Assembly (NCBI GenBank): GCA_029856145.1
Contig: JAHQWK010000016.1
Location: 1 to 64,000, forward strand
Source: Promethearchaeia archaeon
Lineage (GTDB): Archaea > Asgardarchaeota > Lokiarchaeia > Sigyniarchaeales > SOKP01
Direction of reading: 5' to 3'
Length of the DNA: 64,000 bases
In this document: one piece after another, positions 11,601-21,500 of the stretch
Position numbering within the stretch: the first letter of the stretch is position 1
Layout: each line of letters begins with the position of its first letter
Made by a program: the position numbers and the translations under genes
The notes under the pieces: generated by a model
What the model was told of the DNA's origin: nothing
The model's database searches: none
What the model saw: only the letters and a program-made list of their open reading frames with translations

Positions 11601-12054
11601 GGTCTTCACCCCTATTAATTAATTCATGTTCAGAAAGACTTTCTAATGGACATCGGCAACTTTTAAGCATTATTGGAATTTTTCCTATATAAATATCAAG
11701 AGTTTCCTCTGCTTCTTCTCTCTGTGTTCGCTCATCAATTGTTATTGGAGTCATTTCTAATGCAATATCGGCAGCATAACTTAGTTCTCTAATTCTTGCT
11801 TCTATTGGAGTGATCTCCATAGTAGCACCATCTGCCTCTCTTACTTTAGGTACTCCTATTTTAATTTTTCCAAATTTTATTTTAAAACCAGGAATATCAG
11901 GAATTACTTCACTAGATTCATCCACAATCGTCTGCATTTCATATTCAATGAAGTTATTATAAGAATCTAAATGTTGGCGAACTAATCCTTTTTCATCAAA
12001 TAAACTTTTTAAGATAATCCATTTATCTTCATTTGATAATTTTTCAGAACTCAA
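8683..12054 (-). CDS. rpoB: DNA-directed RNA polymerase subunit B (unsplit)
   Basis: GYFIINGTERV, CPAETPEG, GDKFSSRHGQKG, GGLRFGEMERD. Confidence 0.99.
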   Translation of the reverse strand: MSSEKLSNEDKWIILKSLFDEKGLVRQHLDSYNNFIEYEMQTIVDESSEVIPDIPGFKIKFGKIKIGVPKVREADGATMEITPIEARIRELSYAADIALEMTPITIDERTQREEAEETLDIYIGKIPIMLKSCRCPLESLSEHELINRGEDPLDPGGYFIINGTERVLVTQEDLAPNRILAEEASRSSSATHQAKVFSTRSGFRAPVTIERKKDGNLRVSFPSVPGKIPLAILMRALGLHSDREIFEAISENDEIQKELIPVIDVASEIQVLKDPEKSQQNALDYIGKRVAIGQTKDYRIRRALQVLDRYLLPHIGNAEEDRIKKAYYLGQMAQKVMELALGLREPDDKDHYANKRLKLAGELFTSLFRVAFLNLVKDIKYQLERTAVRGRAPNIKTAVRADVITERIRHALATGNWVGGKAGVSQLLNRTNHVGTLSHLRRVISPLSRSQPHFEARDLHPTQWGKICPAETPEGPNCGLVKNLGLASIISVGTDERIIENILIDLGVIPINEVKNVKGDKVKVFLNGKLVGIHQQHNPFIRQLREKRRKGEIGQHVNIGYYHDSNEIQINCDAGRATRPLFVLKNKNLLVSKEDIEKLKQNKFIWSDLVQKGVIEYLDAEEEENAYIAMFEEDISPEHTHLETSPAAILGICASIIPFPEHNQSPRNTYEAGMVKQALGLFAANMHLRLDTRGHTLHYPQQALVKTSPMEIIGINKRPAGQNFIIGMMSFEGFNIEDAIIINKASIERGLARSHFFRTYDAEERKYPGGEVDKFEIPERGVRGFKSAESYRLLSEVDGIIEPETQVNGGDVLIGRTSPPRFIKSYEEFELMQPNRRETSKNMRHNEKGIVDTVIISETVDGNKLVKIKVRDLRIPELGDKFSSRHGQKGVLGLIVEQADMPYTASGVIPDIIVNPHAMPSRMTLGQLFEGISGKIACTTGKLGDATAFEWTDITKLQEQLVASGFEFNGREVMYNGITGEKYEAGIYCAPIYYQKLYHLVADKLHARARGPVQILTRQPTEGRAREGGLRFGEMERDCLVGHGSALLLKERLLDESDRTVILVCEKCGLLAVYDRNRDKRYCPVCGEGTIISKVVCSYAFKLLLQEMMSLGLAPRLKLKEKI

Positions 12055-12100
12055 AATACAATAAACCCTATTAAATTTTATTTTTCATAAAAAAATAATA

Positions 12101-12358
12101 TTAAACTTTTTCCTTTTTTACATATCGATAATAATCTACTGATTTAACGGTTGTCTCTGAATCTCTAATTATTTTTATTATATCCCCTTCTTTTGCTCCG
12201 ATAGCAATCGCAACTGGATCTTTTTCAAATATTTGAGGTAAGTCATTTACATCAATCCGAAATTTTTCCAGAAGATCTTGCGATTCTTCTTTAGTTAAAA
12301 GAACATGTTTAGGAACGAATTTATGGAGTAAAATATCAATAAGTTTCTTTTTAGTCAA
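12101..12358 (-). CDS. rpoH: RNA polymerase subunit H/Rpo5
   Basis: HKFVPKH, LPQI...DPVA, directly upstream of rpoB. Confidence 0.95.
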   Translation of the reverse strand: MTKKKLIDILLHKFVPKHVLLTKEESQDLLEKFRIDVNDLPQIFEKDPVAIAIGAKEGDIIKIIRDSETTVKSVDYYRYVKKEKV

Positions 12359-12472
12359 GGAAAAATCCTCTCTTTTTACGAATTATAAATATTCAAATGA
12401 TACCAATCTAAAAAATTTTTCCATTTTTTCGTTTATTTTATTAAAACTAGCGAGGATTCTTTTAAATTATCT

Positions 12473-13102
12473 TTAATGAAAACATCTAAAAACCCAATAT
12501 CCGCTTCGCTTGCATAGAATCTCGACCTTTTCATCCGGATAGGTATCCTCAAAATATTTTAAGATATAAGCCGCTCCCATTTTTTTCCTTATTACAAATT
12601 GAAAAGCACCATTATTTTTTAAATAATTTTGAATATCATATAACAGATTTAGGAAATCTTTCCTTCCTTGACGTAAAGGAGGATTCATATATATTCCATC
12701 AAATTTTAAATTTTTATTTTTAATAGGTTCAAAATAATTTCCAGATAAAGCAATAACATTTTTTGTTTGATCTGGCAGATTTATCTTGATATTTTCTTTA
12801 GCACACCATATAGCTCGTTTGTTAATATCTATTAGATAAACAGAGCTCTGAAGTGATTTATAACCTAAAACAATTCCTATTGCTCCATAACCACATCCTA
12901 AATCAAGCAAAACAGAAGGCTCTTGTGGAATATACATATGTTCTATTAAAACTTTAGTTCCTAGGTCGATTCTATTAAAGGAGAAAACCCCTGAAATAGT
13001 CTTAAAAATAAAAAGATGCCTTCTTAAACTTTCAGATATAGTATGAATTTTTACAGCAACATCAGGAAATTTACTATAATAATGACTTTTCTTATCTTCC
13101 AT
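12473..13102 (-). CDS. RsmC-like class I SAM methyltransferase
   Basis: GVFS...IDLGT, LDLGCGYG, NPP motif. Confidence 0.88.
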   Translation of the reverse strand: MEDKKSHYYSKFPDVAVKIHTISESLRRHLFIFKTISGVFSFNRIDLGTKVLIEHMYIPQEPSVLLDLGCGYGAIGIVLGYKSLQSSVYLIDINKRAIWCAKENIKINLPDQTKNVIALSGNYFEPIKNKNLKFDGIYMNPPLRQGRKDFLNLLYDIQNYLKNNGAFQFVIRKKMGAAYILKYFEDTYPDEKVEILCKRSGYWVFRCFH

Positions 13103-13130
13103 GATAAAAATTTAGAATAATTTAATTTGT

Positions 13131-14135
13131 TTATTTTTTCTTATTCCAGCGCGGATAAGTTCCCCTCTCCATAAAAATTTTATTAGTTTTTGCAAGGATT
13201 CCTGATTTAGCTTTATAAATTTGTAAAGCATCTTTCAAAGCTGTTCCAAATCCAATTAATTCTTTTTTTAAAGTCATAAATGCAACTAACATATTTTTTT
13301 TTATCCTAGCATCAATATAACAAATACCAGCAGATGCTAAATCCGCTCCATGGCATAATGCATCTATCGCCGTATCTCTAACATAAATTTTTGGCAAATG
13401 AGATACCATCTTTTCCATTGGATATATCAATTTTTTCAAATAATAATCATTACCTTCTAGTTGATAAATTGTATAAGCGTCCTTTAAATTCTGTAGAGAT
13501 ATCAGATTGTCACTTTCTTTAAAATTCCCAACTCTAGTTCTTCTAAGCTCGAGCATATGAGCTCCAGAACAAAGAGCTTCTCCTAAATCAAAGCAAAATT
13601 TCCTCACATACGTTCCAGCTTCACATCCAATTCTGAATAAAATATGATTCTTGTCAACTTCAATAACTTCGCTATAATATATCTCTCTTATCCTTAGTTT
13701 TCTAACGACCGATGATTTTAATGGAGGTCTTTGATAGATCTTTCCAGTGAATAATTTAAATATTTTTTCTATCCTTTGTTGTTTTTCTAGTGTGTGTAAA
13801 TACATTACACCAACATATTCTTTACCGGCACTTAACAGTGCGGATAATACACGAGTTGCATTTCCTAAAGCACATGGTAATAAGCCAGTAACTTTAGGAT
13901 CGAGCGTTCCTCCGTGCCCTGCATTTGAGATACTCAAAATTTTACGAACCCATGAGACGACTTCATGGCTAGTTGGGCCACTGGGTTTGTCTAGATTTAT
14001 TACTCCATAGTGTAGAAGTGATTCAATACTTCTTTTCTCTGGTTCACATCCATAATTTGGGTTAGTTTGATCTTGAGATTTTACCATTAATTGCTCAGGT
14101 TCATCGGAGGGCAATTTAAATTCTAAATTTTCCAT
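13131..14135 (-). CDS. cbf5: H/ACA pseudouridine synthase Cbf5
   Basis: LDKPSGPTSHEV, GHGGTLDP, GTYVR, C-terminal PUA; uninterrupted. Confidence 0.97.
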   Translation of the reverse strand: MENLEFKLPSDEPEQLMVKSQDQTNPNYGCEPEKRSIESLLHYGVINLDKPSGPTSHEVVSWVRKILSISNAGHGGTLDPKVTGLLPCALGNATRVLSALLSAGKEYVGVMYLHTLEKQQRIEKIFKLFTGKIYQRPPLKSSVVRKLRIREIYYSEVIEVDKNHILFRIGCEAGTYVRKFCFDLGEALCSGAHMLELRRTRVGNFKESDNLISLQNLKDAYTIYQLEGNDYYLKKLIYPMEKMVSHLPKIYVRDTAIDALCHGADLASAGICYIDARIKKNMLVAFMTLKKELIGFGTALKDALQIYKAKSGILAKTNKIFMERGTYPRWNKKK

Positions 14136-14250
14136 ATGAAATTGTTATGAAGGGTATTTTTAATTTATTATAAACTTAAAGATCTCATAAATCTTTCTTA
14201 AACTGTAAGTTTCAAATCATAATTGAAATCATGGATAAAAAGGTGAAAAA

Positions 14251-14357
14251 TGGCGGGCTATAGGGGAATCGAACCCCTGACCTTTCTTTTTAAGGGAGAT
14301 CTTCCCATAAATGTCAGGTTAAAAGCCTGCTGCGCTACCTGCCTGCGCCAATAGCCC
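14251..14357 (-). tRNA. tRNA-Lys(UUU) with 30-nt non-canonical intron at about 44/45 (14283-14312); CCA encoded
   Basis: Acceptor GGGCUAU/AUAGCCC, anticodon loop CUUUUAA, T-arm AGGGG-UUCGAUU-CCCCU; hairpin insert at the start of the variable loop. Confidence 0.9.
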
Positions 14358-14482
14358 ATCAAGAATTTTCTTAATGTTTAAGCGTGAATTGTATAAGTAT
14401 AAATCTATTATAATATAAAAATTTTATTTAAATTAGTTTCTTTCCTCCACATATAAATTAACCTATTTAAAACTATCAAGAT

Positions 14483-15508
14483 TTAAGCCCTTTTAATGAA
14501 ATGTTCAAATCCATAATTCTTTATTTCTTTTTTTTCACCCTCTTTAGAAATAGATACATATACCTCAGAAATTACTTTTCCGATTTTAAAAATATGCCCC
14601 CCAATAGATTGAATTTCTTTTTGGGCCTTATTGAAATCTTTAGGATTAATTGTAAAGAGATGAATAAATTCTTCCCCTCCATTTAAAACTAATTCTTCTA
14701 AAGAAACATTAAATTCATTTGAATAATTAATTGCTTCTGTATCAATTAAATTGTCATTAAATTCGATTTCAAATCCTAGACTTGGATTTGAAATCATTAA
14801 ATCTTTTAAAGATTTGTATAGCCCATCAGAGGAATCTATGCTAGCAGTAGCTAAAATCTTTTCTGATAATATAAATGCTTCATTACCAGAGATTACAGGT
14901 TCTAAAACACTCATTATTGATCTTTTATATTCATGAAAATCTTTGAGATCTCCCTTCTTTTTTAAGAGAATATTAAATCCTACACCAGTCAAACCAAACT
15001 TATTATTAGCAACTAAAATATCATCCACCTTTACACCTCTTCTATAGATTATGTCTGAGGGTTTTTTAAAGCCAAAGACAGTAGGACTTATTATTAATTC
15101 TTTTGTTTCATTAAGATCTCCACCAATGTAATCCATATTATATTTCAAACTGCAATCAATAATACCATTCAATAAATCGATGAACTCATGTTTTTTGAGT
15201 TCTTTTGGTAAACCCAAAGATATAATCAAACCCCTTGGTTTAACGCCTTTAACTAATAAATCACTTAGATTCATTATAACCGATTTTCTACCGATTTGAT
15301 AAGAATTCATTTGGGGTAGTACATCAGTTGTAGATACTAGCATATCAGAATTTAAAACAATATTCCCTTCCAAATTCTTATTTTTAAAATCAAAAAAGAA
15401 AGAATCATCGCTCAAAAGTTCTTTTCCAGATTTTTTTAAAACCAAATCTTCTATAATTTTTATTAACTTTTTTTCACCAAGCTTTCCTATCTGAAGATTA
15501 TTTTTCAT
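14483..15508 (-). CDS. thiL: Thiamine-monophosphate kinase
   Basis: LGEKKLI, NLSDL, IGGDLN, SIDSSDGL, GGEEF. Confidence 0.9.
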   Translation of the reverse strand: MKNNLQIGKLGEKKLIKIIEDLVLKKSGKELLSDDSFFFDFKNKNLEGNIVLNSDMLVSTTDVLPQMNSYQIGRKSVIMNLSDLLVKGVKPRGLIISLGLPKELKKHEFIDLLNGIIDCSLKYNMDYIGGDLNETKELIISPTVFGFKKPSDIIYRRGVKVDDILVANNKFGLTGVGFNILLKKKGDLKDFHEYKRSIMSVLEPVISGNEAFILSEKILATASIDSSDGLYKSLKDLMISNPSLGFEIEFNDNLIDTEAINYSNEFNVSLEELVLNGGEEFIHLFTINPKDFNKAQKEIQSIGGHIFKIGKVISEVYVSISKEGEKKEIKNYGFEHFIKRA

Positions 15509-15576
15509 TAGATAAAATTTAAAATTTTTATACGATTATGATTTTTGAATAAACTCGCATTATTAAGAATTACTCT

Positions 15577-15666
15577 GCCTCTGTTGCTTAGTGGTATAGC
15601 GTCAGATTCGTATTTAAATATAGATGAAAAATCTGAAGATCGGGGGTTCAAATCCCCCCAGAGGCT
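15577..15666 (+). tRNA. tRNA-Thr(CGU) with canonical 37/38 intron of 18 nt (15613-15630)
   Basis: Acceptor GCCUCUG/CAGAGGC, anticodon stem UCAGA/UCUGA, central helix UUCG/UGAA, bulges UA|U and AA|A. Confidence 0.92.
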
Positions 15667-15670
15667 CTAT

Positions 15671-16687
15671 TCATACTTCTTCTGTAAAAACATAACGTTT
15701 AATCATTTGTAAGGCAAGCATTTTAAAAGCACCATTTATATTTTCACCCGTTTTAGCCGATGTTTCAATATATGAAAGATTCAATTTTTTTGCGAGTTCT
15801 TCTCCTTGTTCAGTGGATATAACGCGATTATCTTCAAGGTCTATCTTATTTCCAACGAGAATCATTGATATTGTTTGTGAAACGCTTTTGATTTCTTTAA
15901 ACCAACTTTCTAAACTATCAAGAGTTTCTTTACGAGTAACATCATAAACTAAAATACCCGCTTCAGCATTTGCAACATATTTTTGTCTCACTCGTTTAAA
16001 CTGTGCTTGTCCAGCTAAATCCCAGATAACAAAACGAACTTTTGATTCTAATCCTTGAAATTCACATTCTTTTTTCATTATTGATGTGCCTATTGTAGAT
16101 TTATAATCAGTCTGAAACGAATCTTCAACAAAACGATGAACCATACTTGTCTTTCCTACTCCGCCTTCACCACCAAGGATTAGTTTAAATGCATATTCAC
16201 CAGATTGTATCTTAATTTTCTGCAATTTATCTACTTTCCTTTGAATATTTTGAGATTCTCTCTCAACGATTAATTTAGGAATTACTGGGCTTACTGATCT
16301 TCCATCAAATATTCTAGCAATTTTCTCAGCAGCTAAATATGCATAGGGAAAAACGGGATCTACCATAGCAACTGAACTCAATACAGTCACAAAAATTGCC
16401 TCAGGGCCAGCCTCACAAAAAATGAATCTTTGCTCTTCTGTATCAAAGGTTCCAGTTCCAAAAGAACCAGAACTAAACTCTTCTGTGATTCTAGTCAAAA
16501 CAGGTTCTACTAATGCACTGACTCCTCCAATGACATCTTCTTCTACCTCTGCTTCTGAAAATCCTTTTAATGCAGACATTACTAACCCTTCTCTATTTAC
16601 AATAAGAGTCGCGATTAAGTTTTCTCCAACTTCCTGCTTATACCATTTAAGTAGTGCTTCAAGTTTTTTTCGATCGACAGACATCAA
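15671..16687 (-). CDS. Roadblock/LAMTOR-like domain fused to Rab-like small GTPase
   Basis: N-terminal LIVNREGLVM roadblock pattern; GEGGVGKT, STIG, WDLAGQ, GNKID, ETSAK. Confidence 0.9.
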   Translation of the reverse strand: MMSVDRKKLEALLKWYKQEVGENLIATLIVNREGLVMSALKGFSEAEVEEDVIGGVSALVEPVLTRITEEFSSGSFGTGTFDTEEQRFIFCEAGPEAIFVTVLSSVAMVDPVFPYAYLAAEKIARIFDGRSVSPVIPKLIVERESQNIQRKVDKLQKIKIQSGEYAFKLILGGEGGVGKTSMVHRFVEDSFQTDYKSTIGTSIMKKECEFQGLESKVRFVIWDLAGQAQFKRVRQKYVANAEAGILVYDVTRKETLDSLESWFKEIKSVSQTISMILVGNKIDLEDNRVISTEQGEELAKKLNLSYIETSAKTGENINGAFKMLALQMIKRYVFTEEV

Positions 16688-16915
16688 CTCACAACCTTTT
16701 TACTTTGTTTGCAAATGTATTATAAAATAACTGAAATATATTATTTTATATAATACGTTTGTTTTAAAATTTATAGAAAACGAAAATATTCGATAGAATT
16801 AGAATTTAAAGTTCAGATTTAATAAAATAAAATAAAAGTAAAAAAATTTTAAAAATTAATTTCATTATCTTATTTCATCAACTCTAAATGATTAGAGAAA
16901 AAATTGTTTCATAAT

Positions 16916-17088
16916 GCAGGAGTTGCCAAAATACTACGTAATTCTACGTTTATGGCTAAGCCTGGTCTACGGCGCTAGAATAGTACGTAATAATACGTTT
17001 ATGGCGTAACTGAGGCTCTAGTGACATAGGTCTTCGAAGGAAATGCTTCCTCGGCCTAAATTCGTGGGTTCGAATCCCACCTCCTGCA
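16916..17088 (+). tRNA. tRNA-Leu(GAG) with three BHB introns (16930-16959, 16979-17008, 17033-17060)
   Basis: Removing the three inserts gives GCAGGAGTTGCCAAGCCTGGTCTACGGCGCTAGACTGAGGCTCTAGTGACATAGGTCTTCGTGGGTTCGAATCCCACCTCCTGCA, a complete class II cloverleaf. Confidence 0.92.
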
Positions 17089-17318
17089 CATTATTTTTCA
17101 CATTAATATATTTAAATTAATATTGAAAGAACGAGTAAAAAAACCAAATTCTAACCATAAACCTCATTAAACAGCCTAAGGATATTTTATTTTTAATTTC
17201 TTCGCTTTATGTTACCTAACTTAATATTTTGATAAGTTCGATTTCTATAATATGAGAATTTATATTTGTATCAATTCTTTAATTAATGAATTAGAATAAT
17301 ATTTAACAAATTTTTTGA

Positions 17319-18551
17319 GTGATTCCTATTTCAAATTTACAATTATATAATAAGCAGAAAACTATGGAGCATATTCAATCTTTAACATTTAACCGGACAG
17401 CTTCATCTACAGGAGAAACTGAAGCATTAAATTATATAGAGAAAGAACTAATAGAAAAAAATATCCATCCCGAAGTTGAACATTTCAATTGGACAGGCCC
17501 AATAACGGTACTTATGAGGACAAGCTACCTTCTTATAATAGTTAATTTAATACTTTTCCGTATGATTTTGCTTGTTATTGCTTATTTCATTGTAAAATAT
17601 TCGTTTGCAAGCTTACGTGAAATGAGTTTCATAAATAGTGAAGAGTCCAAAAACATCTTTACGTTAATTAAAGCTAAAGAAAAGGTGCCAAATAGACCCT
17701 TGGTAATAATAACTGCTCATTATGATTCCATTTCGGCAAATATACCATATAGATTGCAGGTTGTTATCTTTTTCATTTATAGATTAATAGTATTTTTTTA
17801 CATTATAGTCTTTGCAGTTTTTATAACTATTTTTTTCCTCGATCTTCTTTTAATAATCTCTGTTTCTAATCTATTAGTAGTTTTTATAGCTTTTTCTTCA
17901 GTTGGCGGAGTGTTGATTTCAATCCCCATTTTATATATAGTATTTAAAGAACGCCCATCATCAGGATCAATCGATAATGCAAGTGGAGTAGCAATTTCAA
18001 TTGAATTGGCAAAGATTTTCAAAAAAAATCCACTCGAAAATATGGATATTCTGATTTTATGGCCTGGAGCCGAAGAATGGGGTTTAAAGGGATCAAGAAA
18101 ATTTTGTAAAAGTCATTTTAAAAGTCTGAAAAAGCTTTATGATCTTGACAGGTCATTTAATATAAATATTGACATGGTTGGTTCTTATATAGGGCTTTTA
18201 AATAAATCTGGATTAATTTTTAGAAGTAAAATGAATAACAATTTAAACGAAATATTTGGAGCAACAGCAAATCAATTAAATATTCCATTAGAAATTTATA
18301 ACAAGATTATTAAACCTAAAAGTGATTATAAATCCTTTGAAAAATATGCTAAAAAAACAAAGAGTAAATTTCAAGTAAGTTGTTTTCATTCAAGTAAGGA
18401 TTCAAAATACATCCATTCATTAAGCGATACACCTGACAAATGTTCTTTAGAAAACTTAAATGGTTGCGTAAATATTTGTCATCAAGCTTTAAGAAGTATT
18501 GACTTAAGGATAGAGGGCGTTAAAAGAAATCAGATAACTTATGTTGCCTAA
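17319..18551 (+). CDS. Membrane-embedded M28 family metallopeptidase
   Basis: TAHYDS, DNASG, GAEEWGL, NIDMVG, IHS..D; TM insertions. Confidence 0.88.
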   Translation: MIPISNLQLYNKQKTMEHIQSLTFNRTASSTGETEALNYIEKELIEKNIHPEVEHFNWTGPITVLMRTSYLLIIVNLILFRMILLVIAYFIVKYSFASLREMSFINSEESKNIFTLIKAKEKVPNRPLVIITAHYDSISANIPYRLQVVIFFIYRLIVFFYIIVFAVFITIFFLDLLLIISVSNLLVVFIAFSSVGGVLISIPILYIVFKERPSSGSIDNASGVAISIELAKIFKKNPLENMDILILWPGAEEWGLKGSRKFCKSHFKSLKKLYDLDRSFNINIDMVGSYIGLLNKSGLIFRSKMNNNLNEIFGATANQLNIPLEIYNKIIKPKSDYKSFEKYAKKTKSKFQVSCFHSSKDSKYIHSLSDTPDKCSLENLNGCVNICHQALRSIDLRIEGVKRNQITYVA

Positions 18552-21500
18552 TTTTTGGATTATTTGTTAGGCTTTCTACATATTCCTCAATTAATTCCAT
18601 TCTTTGCTTAGTATAGTTATCTAAATTAAAATCTGTACAAATTTTTAAAGCACGAGGTATATATTTTTCAATACCCCCGCGATTTACTGTCAGAATAATT
18701 CTATTTCCACATTTAGGACATTTTCCACTGTTTACTAAAGGGGGACGTCTGAATTTTTCATTACACTTGACACAACGAAAACCTTGAATAGCAAATTTTC
18801 TCAAATTACCTAGTATATCTGGATTGAAATGAGTTGTTAAAATCTTTTCAGCTACTTTCTTCGCCTCCACTGCTTTAATAAGTTTTGCTAAGTGAAGTTG
18901 AGCTTCAATTTTATCATCCATTGACTCATATAATTTATAAGCTGTTGTCGTTGGGCCCTTATTAATATTTGTTGTTGGGATATTGTATCCAATATTTTCA
19001 TATTGTCCAGATGTTCCTAGACGACTTTTAACTAGGTTCATTAACGATTCTATCTCAGATGGTGTACAATATCGTTCTGTTGCTTCATAAAACTCTAATG
19101 GATATTTATCTAAAGTGTCTAAATTGTGAGCTTCGACATCAATCTCATTAGGATCTATTTTTGTACTAATTACTAAAGTTGCATCCATTCTTCCACCAAT
19201 TTTGCTTGGAAGATAGTGTCTTGAAAAATTCAATAAAGGATCTAAGAGTACCATAACACCATCTTCGTCTCCATCACAGTTTCGTCTTTTTGCTGCATGC
19301 CAATATGGATGAGCATATATGGCTCTCGCAGAGGTAAATCCAATAATTCTACCTATTATTCCGGCACTAGTATGAGGGGCTAATCCTACAGCTAGATGTC
19401 CTAATAGGTCTTCTCTAACTGATACATTATAGAAACGCTCCTTTTTATAAAATAACTCCAATTCGTCATCAAGAAAATTAGCAACTTTAATAAAGTATTT
19501 AGCACAATCATTAGAAAGAAGAATATCTTGAACTTTCAACTCTAAAATCTGATTTTCATCATTGAGAGGATTTCCATTAATATCCTTTTTATATCCCATC
19601 TCTCTTAATTTCTCTATAGGAGTGTCAATTTCTTTTGGTTTAAAATGAGTTAAAGGTATATCTGTAGCATCATATCTTATCTCAGCAGTTTTATAAACTA
19701 AAACATCATTTTTTGCTCTTAATAATCCTTTCTCTATGGGTTCCGGAACTTTATACTCATTAGTTAAACCAATAATACCTTTAAATTTTGGAGGGAATAA
19801 CATATTAAGTGATTTCAAAGCTGAGTTTACATACTTTCTTATATTAAATTTTGCTTCATTTGATGTTTTCAAAGGCTCATGACATCTTGAACATTTTTCT
19901 TCGAAAGTAGGATAAAGTATCTTACATCGTGAACATATTTTCTGTAATTCAGTATGACCTCCACAGCTATGGCAGATATTAAAAATGCTTGATTTTCCAC
20001 AGTTCATACATTTTTTCCTACATACATCAATTTTAACCTTACCGGTTTCTACAGTATTATTTTTACTTCCAAAATCGAAAGATTTCTTTTTTTTGGAGCC
20101 AAAATCATCACCATTTTGTCTTCGTGCACTAAATCCCATTGCTTTTTCAAACAATCTTGAATTACCAACAACATTACTCAAAGGAAATAATGCCTGAATT
20201 CCTTTCATACTTTTTCTTTCTGATTTTTCTGGTCTGCCCATTCGAGATCCCATATAGTATGGGGCTTTATTTTTGATTTTAAGTGAAGAAAGTTTAAAAA
20301 AATACGTAAAAACATCATCATCTTTTTCTATTTCTATTGGTTTTTTATCTTCAAGGTTAAATATTTTTTTATATATAAAACTCCTTTTTAAACTTAACAA
20401 CAATTCATTATCCTTTATTTTATGGGGTATAAATGCTTTTTCTAGAATTTTCTTAATTGTTTTTTCATATTTTAAGGTAATTCTTTGTTCAGATTCTGAA
20501 AAATTCTTGATAAGTGCATTTCGTAATAGGTCCAATTCCTCTAATGTTATATTGCCCCAAAAATCTAAATAATAAGGATGTAAAGGAATATCATAATTCC
20601 TTGAAATCTCAATTGCCTCTGCTGCTGTAGGAATATTTTCAAATGGATTTTCAATCAAATTTTTTAGACTTTCATCAATTATGTCAATATCTTTAATAGA
20701 TTTTTCCAGTTCTAATGCCCACCATTCTTCTACATACCCTGATGGTATTAATATATGGTTATTTTCTGTAAATTCCCCATAGCCAAAGAGTAGATCTCCT
20801 AAGAATAATATTTTTTTAATGTCAGAAAATATTTGTTTGGCTTTTATAACATTTGAAACTTTTATCACATCACCATTCCTCAGTTTTACAATAGGGGGCT
20901 CAATACTATCCACGGGGCATACACTTGTACTTTTTCCAGGACGTTCAATTCTTAATTGCGTTCCAATTGCTACAAATTCATCTAAAATTACCATTGTTGC
21001 GGGATGAATTCCTCCCGCAGCTAAACCAGTATTTCTGGATCGCCCATACCTTATTCTATGACCTCCTATTCTTGAAGGATGACTGAATACTGGCCGTCCG
21101 GCAATAATATCCGCAACATACTTAGAATTTGGGGGGATTTTATTTTCTTCTTTTAAAACTTTTTTTTTTTCTTTTTCTATCTTTTCTTGGTTTTGAGCAA
21201 TTTTTTTCAATTCGGCAAGCCAATTCCAACCTTCTAAATTCATAGCATTAGCAATTTTGAGTAATTTTGGGGCTTTTAGAAGAAAACCATCATTTAATAC
21301 TAAGCATGCTCCACCTCTTATGTGATTTGTTTCAATCCGAGGTAAATCTCTAAATGCAGAGACTTCTTCATCTTCAGTTGAATCACCATTTATTTCTATT
21401 GGCAAATGACTTACAGCATATCTAATTTCTTTGTTCGATGAAGGATATTGTAAATGGACTCTTCTATCATATAGTTTGACTTCTTCCACGTATCTCCCAA

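Noticed and set aside
13131-14135. Intron in cbf5 as in Crenarchaeota
   Set aside because: The ORF is continuous through GHGGTLDP; no insert
20060-20110. Hairpin (TCCAAAA/TTTTGGA) in the DP2 insertion DDFGSKKKKSFDFGSK as a hidden in-frame intron
   Set aside because: The best BHB register would excise 37 nt (out of frame) and lacks an exon helix; likely a protein loop
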